A program made the position numbers and the translations under genes. The notes under the pieces were generated by a model. That model saw nothing but the letters and a program-made list of their open reading frames with translations. It was not told the DNA's origin and made no database searches. From Elusimicrobiaceae bacterium (GTDB taxonomy: Bacteria; Elusimicrobiota; Elusimicrobia; Elusimicrobiales; Elusimicrobiaceae): a stretch of DNA of 64,000 bases. Position 1 is the first letter of the stretch. The number at the start of each line of letters is the position of its first letter. The stretch spans positions 6,807 through 70,806 of the forward strand of contig JBGUMP010000018.1 in the NCBI GenBank assembly GCA_045116875.1, given 5' to 3'. Shown here piece by piece: positions 8,800 through 18,000 of the stretch.

Positions 8800-11510
8800 T
8801 AGGCCAAGTCCTCCAGCGAAGCCGTTACTTGGGCCAAAGTAAGCTGGGCGGCGGCCAGTTCGGCCTTGGTTTTATCGATTTGTTCCTGCGGGGCGTGCTT
8901 GAGGAAGTTTTCCTGGCTTAAGCGTGCCTGGCGGGAGGCGATATTGGCCTTTGCAATCGATAAATCTTTCTCCAAGCGTTTGCGTTCTTTGTCAAAGTCG
9001 ATTAGCCCGGTAAGCGGCACGTAAATGGCAACGTTTTCAAACGTGGCGGTAGCCGTTTGTTTGGGCTTGGCTTCGTTTACGCCAATGGTCAAATTATCCA
9101 CTTTGGCCATCAGTTGGATGTAGCCGGCATAGGCGCGGATAACGTCCAATTCGCTTTCCACTTTGGCTGAAATGACCGCGGAAATCTTTAACGCGGGCGG
9201 CACATTAAATTGGCTGCGAATGGTGCGGATTTCCTTGGTAACGCCCTGGATAATTTGCATTTTGCGTTGCGCGTCCGCGTTAACCCAGGCCTCATTTGCT
9301 ACGGGGTAAGAGTCGTTAAGTAAGAACTCTTCTTTCGCTCCTACATACGGGCGCAAGCTGGCGGCAATTTCTTCGGTCACAAACGGAATGAACGGGTGAA
9401 GGGCCTTGAGCGTATTATAAAGGATGTGTACGCACAAGGCCATCACGTGTTCTTTTTCGGCCGTTTGGAAGCGTTGCTTGGCCAGTTCAATGTACCAATC
9501 GCAAAAATCATCCCACAAGAAGTGGTAGAGTGTGTTGGCAGAAAGTGCCAGGTTGTATTTTTCAATTCCTTCGCGGGCGGTTTTCATGGCTGCGGTAAAG
9601 CGGTCCAAAATCCACACGTCGGCCAGTTCTTTGACCTGGGTTGGCATTGTCAGCGGGCCGTTAATGCCTTCCATATTCATTAAAATAAAGCGCGAAGCGT
9701 TATAGAGCTTGTTGCAGAAGTTGCGTGCACCGGTGATGCTCTCTTCGCTATACGGAATATCCTTGCTGGGTACCGCTTGCATCAGCAGCGAAAAGCGCAC
9801 CGCGTCCGTGCCGTACTTGGCGGTCATATCCAAGGGGTCAATGACGTTGCCCTTGGATTTGCTCATCTTTTGGCCGGATTTATCGCGGATAATGCCGTTT
9901 AAATACACGTCTTTAAAGGGAAGTTTGCCCGTAAAGTTAAGCCCCGTCATTACCATGCGGGCCACCCACAGGTACAAAATTTCATACCCGGTTACCATAA
10001 CACTGGTAGGATAGAAGTGGTCCATTTGCGCGTTCTTTTCCGGCCAGCCGAATACGGACATGGGCCACAGGGCGGAAGAAAACCACGTGTCCAGCACGTC
10101 GGGGTCTTGCACCAAATCGTGCCCGTGGCAGTGGGGGCACTGGGCGGGTTTTTCAAAGGAAACAATGGGCTTTGCCCCGTCCTCAAACGAAACTTTGGTT
10201 AGCTGTTCGTGGCCTTGTTGGTCATTGGCAAAGGTAAGGCCGCTCTTACTGCACTCTCTGCAATACCATACGGGAATGCGGTGGCCCCACCAAATTTGGC
10301 GCGAGATGCACCAATCTTGGATGTTTTTAAGCCAGTTTAAAAAGGGGTTTTTCCAGTTGGCCGGGTGAAATTGCAGTTCGCCCGTTTCGGCGGCTTTAAT
10401 GGCCGGGGCGGCAATTTCGTCCATTTTTACAAACCACTGTTCGCTCATAAACGGCTCAATGGCGCTGCCGCAACGGTAACAGGTGGAAACCGCGTTTTGA
10501 TATTTTTCTTCTTTGACCAGTAGCCCGGCGGCGTCCAAATCTTTGACGGTTTCTTTGCGGCACAGTTCGCGGTCCATGCCCAGGTATTTTTCGGGGCAGT
10601 TGACCATCTTGCCTTTGTCGTTAATTACCGTCATGATAGGCAAGTTGTGGCGTTTGCCTACTTCGTAGTCGGTCGCGTCGTGGGCGGGGGTGATTTTTAA
10701 GGCACCGGTTCCAAATTCCATTTCCACGGCTTCGTCAGCAATAATCGGGATGGCGCGGTTGGCCAGCGGGATGATTACTTTTTTGCCCACCATGCTGGCA
10801 AAGCGTTTGTCTTTGGGGTTGACGGCAATAGCGGCGTCGGCGTAAATGGTTTCCGGGCGGGTGGTGGCAATGACAATGCCCTCGCTGCCGTCCTCGCCTT
10901 TGTAGCGCAGGTGCCACAGTTTGCCGTTGTGTTGTTCGTGTTCAACTTCAATGTCCGAAAGGGCGGTGGAGCAACGCACACACCAGTTGATGAGGCGTTT
11001 GCCGCGGTAGATATATTTTTTATCCCACCATTGTTTGAAACATTCATACACGGCGCGGGCGCGCTTTTGGTCCATGGTAAAGCGGATGTCGCTTAAATCC
11101 AGCGCCCAGCCCATTTTGCGAAATTGGGTATAAATAGCATTGCCGCATTCGTTGTACCAATCCCACACTACTTTTACAAATTCTTCGCGGCCCAGGTCGT
11201 GACGGGATTTGTGTTGTTCCTTGGCCAGTTTTTTCTCAATGACGTTTTGTGTGGCAATCCCACCGTGGTCCGTGCCGGGTACCCAGTAGGCATCTTCGCC
11301 AAACATGCGGTGCGCGCGGATTAAAACATCTTGCAGGGTATTGGTAGAGGCGTGACCCATGTGCAGTGCGCCGGTAATATTCGGTGGCGGAATGACAATA
11401 ACAAAGGGTTTTTTAGTCGGGTCAGCTTTGGCGGCGAACAAGTGGGCATTTTGCCATTTGTCCGCGAGTTTTTTTTCTACTTCTTGCGGTTCATACGCTT
11501 TGGGTAACAT
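8799..11510 (-). CDS. valS: Valine--tRNA ligase
   Basis: PPPNITGALHMGH, DWCISRQIWWGHRIP, DVLDTWFSS, KMSKSKGN; start taken as ATG 11510 after AAGGAAG. Confidence 0.97.
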   Translation of the reverse strand: MLPKAYEPQEVEKKLADKWQNAHLFAAKADPTKKPFVIVIPPPNITGALHMGHASTNTLQDVLIRAHRMFGEDAYWVPGTDHGGIATQNVIEKKLAKEQHKSRHDLGREEFVKVVWDWYNECGNAIYTQFRKMGWALDLSDIRFTMDQKRARAVYECFKQWWDKKYIYRGKRLINWCVRCSTALSDIEVEHEQHNGKLWHLRYKGEDGSEGIVIATTRPETIYADAAIAVNPKDKRFASMVGKKVIIPLANRAIPIIADEAVEMEFGTGALKITPAHDATDYEVGKRHNLPIMTVINDKGKMVNCPEKYLGMDRELCRKETVKDLDAAGLLVKEEKYQNAVSTCYRCGSAIEPFMSEQWFVKMDEIAAPAIKAAETGELQFHPANWKNPFLNWLKNIQDWCISRQIWWGHRIPVWYCRECSKSGLTFANDQQGHEQLTKVSFEDGAKPIVSFEKPAQCPHCHGHDLVQDPDVLDTWFSSALWPMSVFGWPEKNAQMDHFYPTSVMVTGYEILYLWVARMVMTGLNFTGKLPFKDVYLNGIIRDKSGQKMSKSKGNVIDPLDMTAKYGTDAVRFSLLMQAVPSKDIPYSEESITGARNFCNKLYNASRFILMNMEGINGPLTMPTQVKELADVWILDRFTAAMKTAREGIEKYNLALSANTLYHFLWDDFCDWYIELAKQRFQTAEKEHVMALCVHILYNTLKALHPFIPFVTEEIAASLRPYVGAKEEFLLNDSYPVANEAWVNADAQRKMQIIQGVTKEIRTIRSQFNVPPALKISAVISAKVESELDVIRAYAGYIQLMAKVDNLTIGVNEAKPKQTATATFENVAIYVPLTGLIDFDKERKRLEKDLSIAKANIASRQARLSQENFLKHAPQEQIDKTKAELAAAQLTLAQVTASLEDLA

Positions 11511-11679
11511 ATTTACTTCCTTCGGTTTTGAATTTGCGTGATGTGACTTCACGCGTAACCTATTTATATTTTACTATTTTTGTAAGAGCGGTGCGCGGTT
11601 GGCTGTGTATACAGGCAACAGATTGTAAGAGCACGCCTGTTTATGTTAGAATTTTTCTTAATACAAGGAGAAAAAATAA

Positions 11680-12168
11680 ATGTGGGATTTCCTTTCAGAG
11701 ATAGAAGGACCTCTCGGTGCGTTGCTACTGATAGGGGGCATCATTTTTTTGGGAATTAAAACCTCAAAGAAATATATATTCGTACGTGACCGTTTTAAAC
11801 TGGATGTTCCAAACCGATGTGTAATGATTAATAAGGAGCGTATCTTCTTTGAAGAAATAGATTTTGTAACCGTGTATGAATTGGAGCAACCTTCCGCATT
11901 GGAAAAGGGTTTTATGTATAAGGCGGGAAGTTACGCCAGCAGGAACCTCTACATGACGCAAATCATCTTCCGCTTAAAAGACGGTTGTGAAAAGGAGTGT
12001 ACGTTCAACAAAAAGACTTCCTTATACAAAGCATTAAAACAATTAAAGCCTTATGTCCCGGTGCGTGCCTATATTGAAGATTTTAAGCCGCCAGTTTACT
12101 GGGAGTGGATCTTTATAGTGGTGGGGATTTTATTTTTTGTATTTCTAAAGATACTGTATCGTATTTAA
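11680..12168 (+). CDS. Hypothetical membrane protein (TM-soluble domain-TM), paralog of 13216-13671
   Basis: AAGGAG RBS; shared blocks DRFKL..NKERI..VTVxELEQPSAxEK..CxFNKK..LYKALKQL..IEDxKP. Confidence 0.75.
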   Translation: MWDFLSEIEGPLGALLLIGGIIFLGIKTSKKYIFVRDRFKLDVPNRCVMINKERIFFEEIDFVTVYELEQPSALEKGFMYKAGSYASRNLYMTQIIFRLKDGCEKECTFNKKTSLYKALKQLKPYVPVRAYIEDFKPPVYWEWIFIVVGILFFVFLKILYRI

Positions 12169-12230
12169 AAAAACACCCTTGCGGGTGCTTATCAAAAAAT
12201 TTAGTTTTACGACCGAGCCGCGAAAGCTGT

Positions 12231-12281
12231 TCACTCCCTGGCTCCAGCTTGTTTTAAAATTTCTACGATTTGCATATTTCC
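12231..12281 (-). pseudogene. Remnant of an ankyrin-repeat gene 3' end
   Basis: Minus strand reads GNMQIVEILKQAGARE*, like the C-termini GHTEIVELLKAAGAKE* and GNKEIIALLKAAGAKK* of the ankyrin genes at 40 kb. Confidence 0.6.
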
Positions 12282-12316
12282 TTATAAAACATTTTAATAG
12301 GTGTTTGGCCGCACCC

Positions 12317-12358
12317 TAGGGCTAAGGGCCTAGGCCCGCGTAGGTCCTTTTTCCCTGG
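12317..12358 (+). promoter_or_regulatory. Candidate operator pair, TAGGTC-N4-GACCTA-like
   Basis: TAGGGC-TAAG-GGCCTA (12317-12332) and TAGGTC-CTTT-TTCCCT-GG (12341-12358); the latter starts 78 bp before ATG 12419. Confidence 0.55.
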
Positions 12359-12418
12359 AAAAATAACCAAACTCTATCAATACTATCATTGTAAGCGTTC
12401 AGTGAAGGAGATAAAAAT

Positions 12419-13021
12419 ATGAAGAAAATCATGGTACTGTTATTAGTAGTGGGTTTGGTAGCTACGCCCGGTTTTGCTAAAAATGGAAAAAAATACAGAA
12501 GAGCAACCCGAACCGCAACCACGCGGCCTCAGAAACAAGTAAACAGACCGCAGTTGGAGCATCAAGTAAAATTGGCTGAGTTTGAAGCGGCTTATAAAGA
12601 GTATAAGGGCTTGCTTGCACTTCGTAAAAAAGCAGTTTCCCAAGAGAAAGAAACGGATGCTTTATTAAAAATGGCGGAGGCCTATCTGCACGTGTGGGGA
12701 ATTGATGGTAGCGGGAAAGGAATTGCCTATCAGCGTTTTGGTGGGAACTGGAGAGTGCACGGCAAAGAAGTCAATGCAATGGATTTCCTGCGGGAGCAAG
12801 CGGCTTTACTGCCCGAAGGACAAGAACAGCAAGCAAAGTATGCAAGCTTGCTGGAGTCAGCCCAACGCTCCGGAAGAGAGTACCGTACCTTGCAAGAAAT
12901 GTATGAGGCATTCTTGAAAAAAGTAGAGTATGATATACAAACCTATATCGACATACAAAACTATTATCAAAAGAAAAGTAGACAAACCTCAGATAGCAAA
13001 TTGGAAAGACGTGGCAAATAA
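12419..13021 (+). CDS. Exported helical hypothetical protein, paralog of 21923-22468
   Basis: Signal peptide MKKIMVLLLVVGLVATPGFA; shared VxLAEFxAAYKxY, MAxAY, FxGxW, EVNxxDFLxxQxxLLP motifs. Confidence 0.75.
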   Translation: MKKIMVLLLVVGLVATPGFAKNGKKYRRATRTATTRPQKQVNRPQLEHQVKLAEFEAAYKEYKGLLALRKKAVSQEKETDALLKMAEAYLHVWGIDGSGKGIAYQRFGGNWRVHGKEVNAMDFLREQAALLPEGQEQQAKYASLLESAQRSGREYRTLQEMYEAFLKKVEYDIQTYIDIQNYYQKKSRQTSDSKLERRGK

Positions 13022-13039
13022 TCCGCGCAAGATGTGTAC

Positions 13040-13068
13040 AATCCCCAAACAGCCGTTTGGGGATTTTT
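13040..13068 (+). terminator. Intrinsic terminator after 12419-13021
   Basis: aatccccaaac-agcc-gtttggggatt followed by T run. Confidence 0.8.
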
Positions 13069-13215
13069 GCGTACAACGTACAGTTTAGCCGTGGATGTTT
13101 GCTTAATAATTTCTAAGTTCTTCAAAAACGTGCCCGTACGCGGTACGTAATGCCAAAGGAAGTTTGTAGGGGTACGCGCATTTATGTTACAATTTCTCAT
13201 ACATTAGGGGGATCT

Positions 13216-13671
13216 ATGATAGACATTATAATATGGGCCATACTGATTGCTTTTTTTATTTGGCAACTTAAAATGTTAAGGAAATATGTGTTGCAATATG
13301 ACCGTTTTAAACTGAATGTTGCAACCCGCCAGGTTGAAGTAAACAAAGAGCGCATTATTTTAGATGAAATAGCGGCGGTGACGGTGCGAGAATTGGAGCA
13401 ACCCTCTGCCTGGGAAAAGGCACTATCCAAAAGCGCCGCCCATGCCTATATGGCGCAGCTTGTTTTTCAATTGAAAAGCGGGTATGAAGTTGCGTGCAAA
13501 TTTAACAAAAAGGGCACACTGTACAAAGCATTAAAACAACTCTCTCCCTTGGTGCCCGTTAACGCGAATATTGAAGATTATAAACCACACACAAACTGGG
13601 TGGCTGTTTGCCTTGCGCTGATTATTGTGGTTGTGCTGATTGTGATGGTGCTTTCGGCAGGGCGGGCATAG
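13216..13671 (+). CDS. Hypothetical membrane protein, paralog of 11680-12168
   Basis: ATG 13216 after AGGGGG; N- and C-terminal TM segments; shared motifs with 11680. Confidence 0.75.
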   Translation: MIDIIIWAILIAFFIWQLKMLRKYVLQYDRFKLNVATRQVEVNKERIILDEIAAVTVRELEQPSAWEKALSKSAAHAYMAQLVFQLKSGYEVACKFNKKGTLYKALKQLSPLVPVNANIEDYKPHTNWVAVCLALIIVVVLIVMVLSAGRA

Positions 13672-13793
13672 GGAAACCTTTTCTCAATCGTGCAACAAAA
13701 AAGCTCCGGCTTTCAAATCTCTACGCCACACCAAGCAGTGGGTGTGGCTTCCATTTCTCCGAAAAATTAAAAACTGCCAACACAACGGAGAGA

Positions 13794-13922
13794 AGTTTTC
13801 AAAATAAAAGGGCCTAATTCTAGGCGCGAACTTGCGAAGTATACTGTGCGCAGCGGCGCGGCAGCGCCGAGGTATTCGAGCAAGTGAGTAACAAAGAAGT
13901 AGGACTTTTTAGTAAGAAAACT
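13794..13922. repeat. ~130-bp long imperfect palindrome (MITE/REP-like) abutting the tRNA-Ser 3' end
   Basis: 28-bp terminal inverted repeats (13794-13821 vs 13895-13922, 22/28 match), inner stems cttgcgaa/ttcgagcaag and cggcgc-ggca-gcgccg. Confidence 0.55.
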
Positions 13923-14011
13923 GGCGGAGAGGGAGAGATTCGAACTCTCGATACGGTTTCCCGTATGCAGTCTTTCCAGGACTGTGCCTTAAACCGCTCG
14001 GCCACCTCTCC
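13922..14011 (-). tRNA. tRNA-Ser(GGA)
   Basis: GGAGAGGTGGCCGAGCGGTTTAAGGCA CAGTC-CT-GGA-AA-GACTG, long variable arm, GTTCGAATC T-loop, encoded CCA. Confidence 0.97.
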
Positions 14012-14115
14012 AAGAAAACGGTGTGTGAATTTAATTGACCTCATTATTATAGCAAATTCGTTGCGTTTGCGCACGGTTTCGTCTAACTAAAGGAGAGATT
14101 TGTTATAATTGTAGC

Positions 14116-14706
14116 ATGAAAAAAATTTCATTACCGATTGTCCTTTTAGGGGTATTACTCATTGAAACAGTGTGGTCTTACACCCACGCATATGACATCC
14201 AGGTTTGGTGGACTGAATACACCAGTGCCTTGTTCTTGATGTTGCTCTTTGGGCTTACTTATCGCAAATTCCGCTTCTCGAATTTATCGTACAGCGTATT
14301 GTTTATTTTTTGTTTTTTACAAATTATCGGCGCGTGCTATACGTTTGAGCGGGTGCCGTTTGATGCCGTGACGCAATGGTTTGGTTTTGAGCGCAACCAT
14401 TACGACCGATTGGCCCACTTTATGGTGGGTGTAAATAGTGTGCTGGTGTGTGAGTTTTTATGGCGTAAACAAATCGTGCGTTCGGTAAAATGGGCCGCTG
14501 TTTTTGGCATTATTTTTATTATGGCACTGGCTAACTTTTGGGAGCTGATTGAATGGGCTTATGCCGAAATTGACGGCGGTTCGGCCGGGCTTGCTTTTTT
14601 GGGCTCACAGGGGGATATGTGGGACGCTCAAAAGGATATGCTGATGGATACGCTGGGGGCGTTAGTAGGCAGTGGCCTTTTTTATATAAGGTTTCGCGCA
14701 CGCTAA
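14116..14706 (+). CDS. DUF2238 (YjdF-like) inner-membrane protein
   Basis: YTFERVPF, RNHYDRLAHF, WELIEW, FLGSQGDMWDAQKDM. Confidence 0.9.
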   Translation: MKKISLPIVLLGVLLIETVWSYTHAYDIQVWWTEYTSALFLMLLFGLTYRKFRFSNLSYSVLFIFCFLQIIGACYTFERVPFDAVTQWFGFERNHYDRLAHFMVGVNSVLVCEFLWRKQIVRSVKWAAVFGIIFIMALANFWELIEWAYAEIDGGSAGLAFLGSQGDMWDAQKDMLMDTLGALVGSGLFYIRFRAR

Positions 14707-15014
14707 GTGTGTTTGTGCACACCCAATGCGCGTAAGAGAAGCGTAAACGGGAGTATGATGCAGATGCCAACCAGCATCACACACAACGTGACTAAAACCC
14801 CCACCGCCAGCGTCAAAAACCCGCCCAACATGCCGCCTAAATCTCCTTGCGGGCGTGCATGATCGCCGGGCGTGTGCCAGGAGGGCGGCTGATTAGCGCG
14901 AATTACCGTCGGGCGTAGCGGCTCGCTTTTCCCCAATGTGGCGCGTTTGGCACCCTGGGTTGAAAAGTCCTCCACAACCTCTGCTTCGATCACTTCTTGC
15001 TTGTTTGATTGCAT
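14703..15014 (-). CDS. Hypothetical protein with C-terminal TM segment
   Basis: VIEAEVVE motif, hydrophobic C-terminus; fills the gap between two genes. Confidence 0.55.
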   Translation of the reverse strand: MQSNKQEVIEAEVVEDFSTQGAKRATLGKSEPLRPTVIRANQPPSWHTPGDHARPQGDLGGMLGGFLTLAVGVLVTLCVMLVGICIILPFTLLLRALGVHKHT

Positions 15015-15073
15015 ACCTATATTGTAGCAATTCTACGTCAAAACCTTTACGCTTAATTTGATATAATGTTTTT

Positions 15074-18000
15074 ATGGCAAACGAAGTGTTGTTTTTGGGC
15101 ATGGATGTGGGTTCCACTACCGTAAAAATAGTAGTGATGAACGCGCAGGATGAGATTTTATTTTCCACCTATCAGCGTCACATGTCCGACGTGTTGCCCA
15201 CCCTTATTAAAATCTTGCGCCAAGTAGCCGCTCAATTTCCAAACCATTCTTTTAAGTTGGCGTTAACCGGGTCGGGGGCGTTGTCGCTCTGTACGCGGCT
15301 AAATTTGCCGTTTGTGCAAGAAGTGATTGCCTCCAGCTTAAGTATTAAACATAAAATTCCCCAAGCGGATGTAATCATTGAACTGGGCGGCGAAGATGCC
15401 AAGCTTACCTTTTTAACCAGCGGAACCGATTTGCGTATGAACGAAACCTGTGCCGGTGGCACGGGGGCGTTTATCGACCAAATGGCTTCGTTTTTAAATA
15501 TGACGGTGCCGGAAATGGATGCATTGGCGTTGCAGGCCACTACCATTTATCCTATTGCTTCGCGTTGCGGCGTGTTTGCCAAAACCGATATCGTCCCCCT
15601 GATTAACGAAGGATGTGCCAAAAGTGATATTTGCATGTCCGTGATGCAAGCCGTGGTCAATCAGTTTATCGGCGGGTTGGTGCGCGGGCGGGAAATTACC
15701 GGTACGGTTGTTTTTTTAGGCGGCCCGCTGGCTTTTATCCATTCGTTACGCACTTGCTTTATTAATACGCTCAAATTAGATGACCAGCATGCTATTTTAC
15801 CCAAACAGGCCGAACTGTTTGTGGCACTGGGGGCGGCGCTGTTTGCTAAAAACGATACGTCAGACGCTAAAAATATCACAGCGGTGATTGATAGCTTTGA
15901 AAAATTAGGTACCGAAAACGATATCCAAAAACTACCGCCTTTGTTTAAAGATGCGCAAGAACGTCAGGAATTTTTGGAACGCCACCGCCAAGCCAATGTG
16001 CCTTCTTTCCCGTTGGAAGAATACGAAGGAAACGCTTATCTGGGCATTGACAGCGGCTCTACCACGCTTAAAGCCACGTTGATTGACGACCAAAACCGCT
16101 TGCTTTATTCTTACTATGGCTCTAATAACGGGGATCCCTTTGCGTTGGCGCTGAACATTTTAAAAGAAATATATACCCGTAAAAAACCGGGGCTGGTTAT
16201 TAAAGCCGCGGCCGCTACCGGCTACGGAAGTGCCCTGCTCAAAGCCGGTTTGAAGCTGGATATTGATGAAGTGGAAACCGTAGCGCACTGTACCGCTTCC
16301 ACATTTTTTGCCCCCAATGCCACGTTTGTATTGGATATCGGCGGGCAAGACATCAAGTGTATGACGTTAAAAAACGGCGTCATTGAACGTATTGGCTTAA
16401 ACGAAGCTTGCAGTGCCGGGTGCGGTTCTTTTATTGAAAATTTTGCCAAGTCCTTGCACATGGAGTTGCCCGAATTTGTGGAAGCCGCTTTAACGGCTAA
16501 AAATCCGGTAGATTTAGGAACGCGCTGCACGGTGTTTATGAACTCCAAGGTAAAACAAGCCCAAAAAGAAGGCGCCAAAGTGGGCGATATTGCCGCGGGG
16601 CTTTCCTACTCTGTCATCAAAAATGCGTGCTACAAGGTCATTAAAATTCACAACGTCAGTGAACTAGGCGATTGCATTGTAGCCCAGGGCGGCAGTTTCT
16701 TAAATGATGCGTTGCTGCGTGCGTTGGAAATTCAAGTAGGCAAACCCGTTATCCGCCCGGGTCTTTCGGGCTTGATGGGGGCATTTGGGGCGGCCTTACT
16801 TGCCAAGAAACGCGGCCCGGAAAACGGCCGCCAGACCCGTTTGCTTACCGCAAAAGATATCGAACAGTTAAAGCTGACCACCAAAAACGTGCGCTGCCAA
16901 GGTTGTTCCAACCATTGTATGTTAACCATCATTAATTTTGGCGGCAAAGAGAATTTTGTTTCCGGTAACCGTTGTGAACGCGGTGCCGGGATGGCTAAAA
17001 ATAAACACATCAATTTGTGTAAGTATAAGTATGACCGCTTATTTAATTACTACAAGCCGCTTGATAAAAAGCAGGCGCGCCGCGGTACGGTAGGGGTCCC
17101 GCGTGCCTTGGGGATGTTTGAAAACTACCCCTTGTGGTTTACGTTACTTACGGAGCTGGGTTTCCGGGTGGAATTGTCGGATGCTTCTTCCAAAAAATTA
17201 TTTTTTAGCGGGTACGGCTCTATTCCTTCCCAAACGGTATGTTATCCGGCCAAAATGGCCCACGGGCACATTATGGACCTGTTGGAAAAACAAGTGGACG
17301 CTATTTTCTTTCCGTGTATCCCGCGCGAACAAAAAGAATTTGAAAGCCAAGAAGACAGTTATAACTGCCCGGTTGTGGCAGGATACCCGGAACTGCTATC
17401 TAAAAATATTTCGGAGTTGGTACAAAGCAATATTCCTTATTATGCGCCCTTCTTGCCGTTGGACGCCGATGTGTTGGCCCGCCGGCTAAAAAAAGTAAAA
17501 CTGTTTAGGGATTGCTCCGCGCGCGAACTTAAAAATGCCGTAAAAAAGGCATTTGCCGAACAACAAAAATTTGCCCAAGATATCCGCGCCGCCGGGGTAA
17601 AAGCCGTAGAAGAACTACGTGCTAAAGGCGAATTTGGGATTGTGCTGGCCGGGCATCCGTACCATATTGATCCGGCCGTCAACCACGGGATTCCCGAGCT
17701 TATTAACGCTTGCGGCCTGGCGGTACTTACTGAAGACAGCGTGGCCCATTTAAAACCCAACCCGGGGGCGTTAACGGTGCGCGATCAGTGGACGTATCAC
17801 TCCCGTTTGTACCGCGCCGGTTCATTCACGGGGGATACGGACAACTTAGCCATTTTGCAACTGGTTTCCTTCGGGTGCGGGGTGGATGCAATCACCGCAG
17901 ACCAGTTGGAGGAAATCACCAGTGCGCAAGGCCGTTTGTACGCCCAGATTAAAATTGACGAAGGGGAAAATTTAGGTCCGGCTAAAATTCGTATCCGTTC

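Noticed and set aside
11580-11632. TTGTAAGAGC 10-bp direct repeat in the valS divergent region; possible T-box
   Set aside because: Too short to interpret; no T-box or antiterminator consensus recognised.
11560-13922. Integrative element at tRNA-Ser
   Set aside because: No integrase and no duplicated tRNA 3' end seen.
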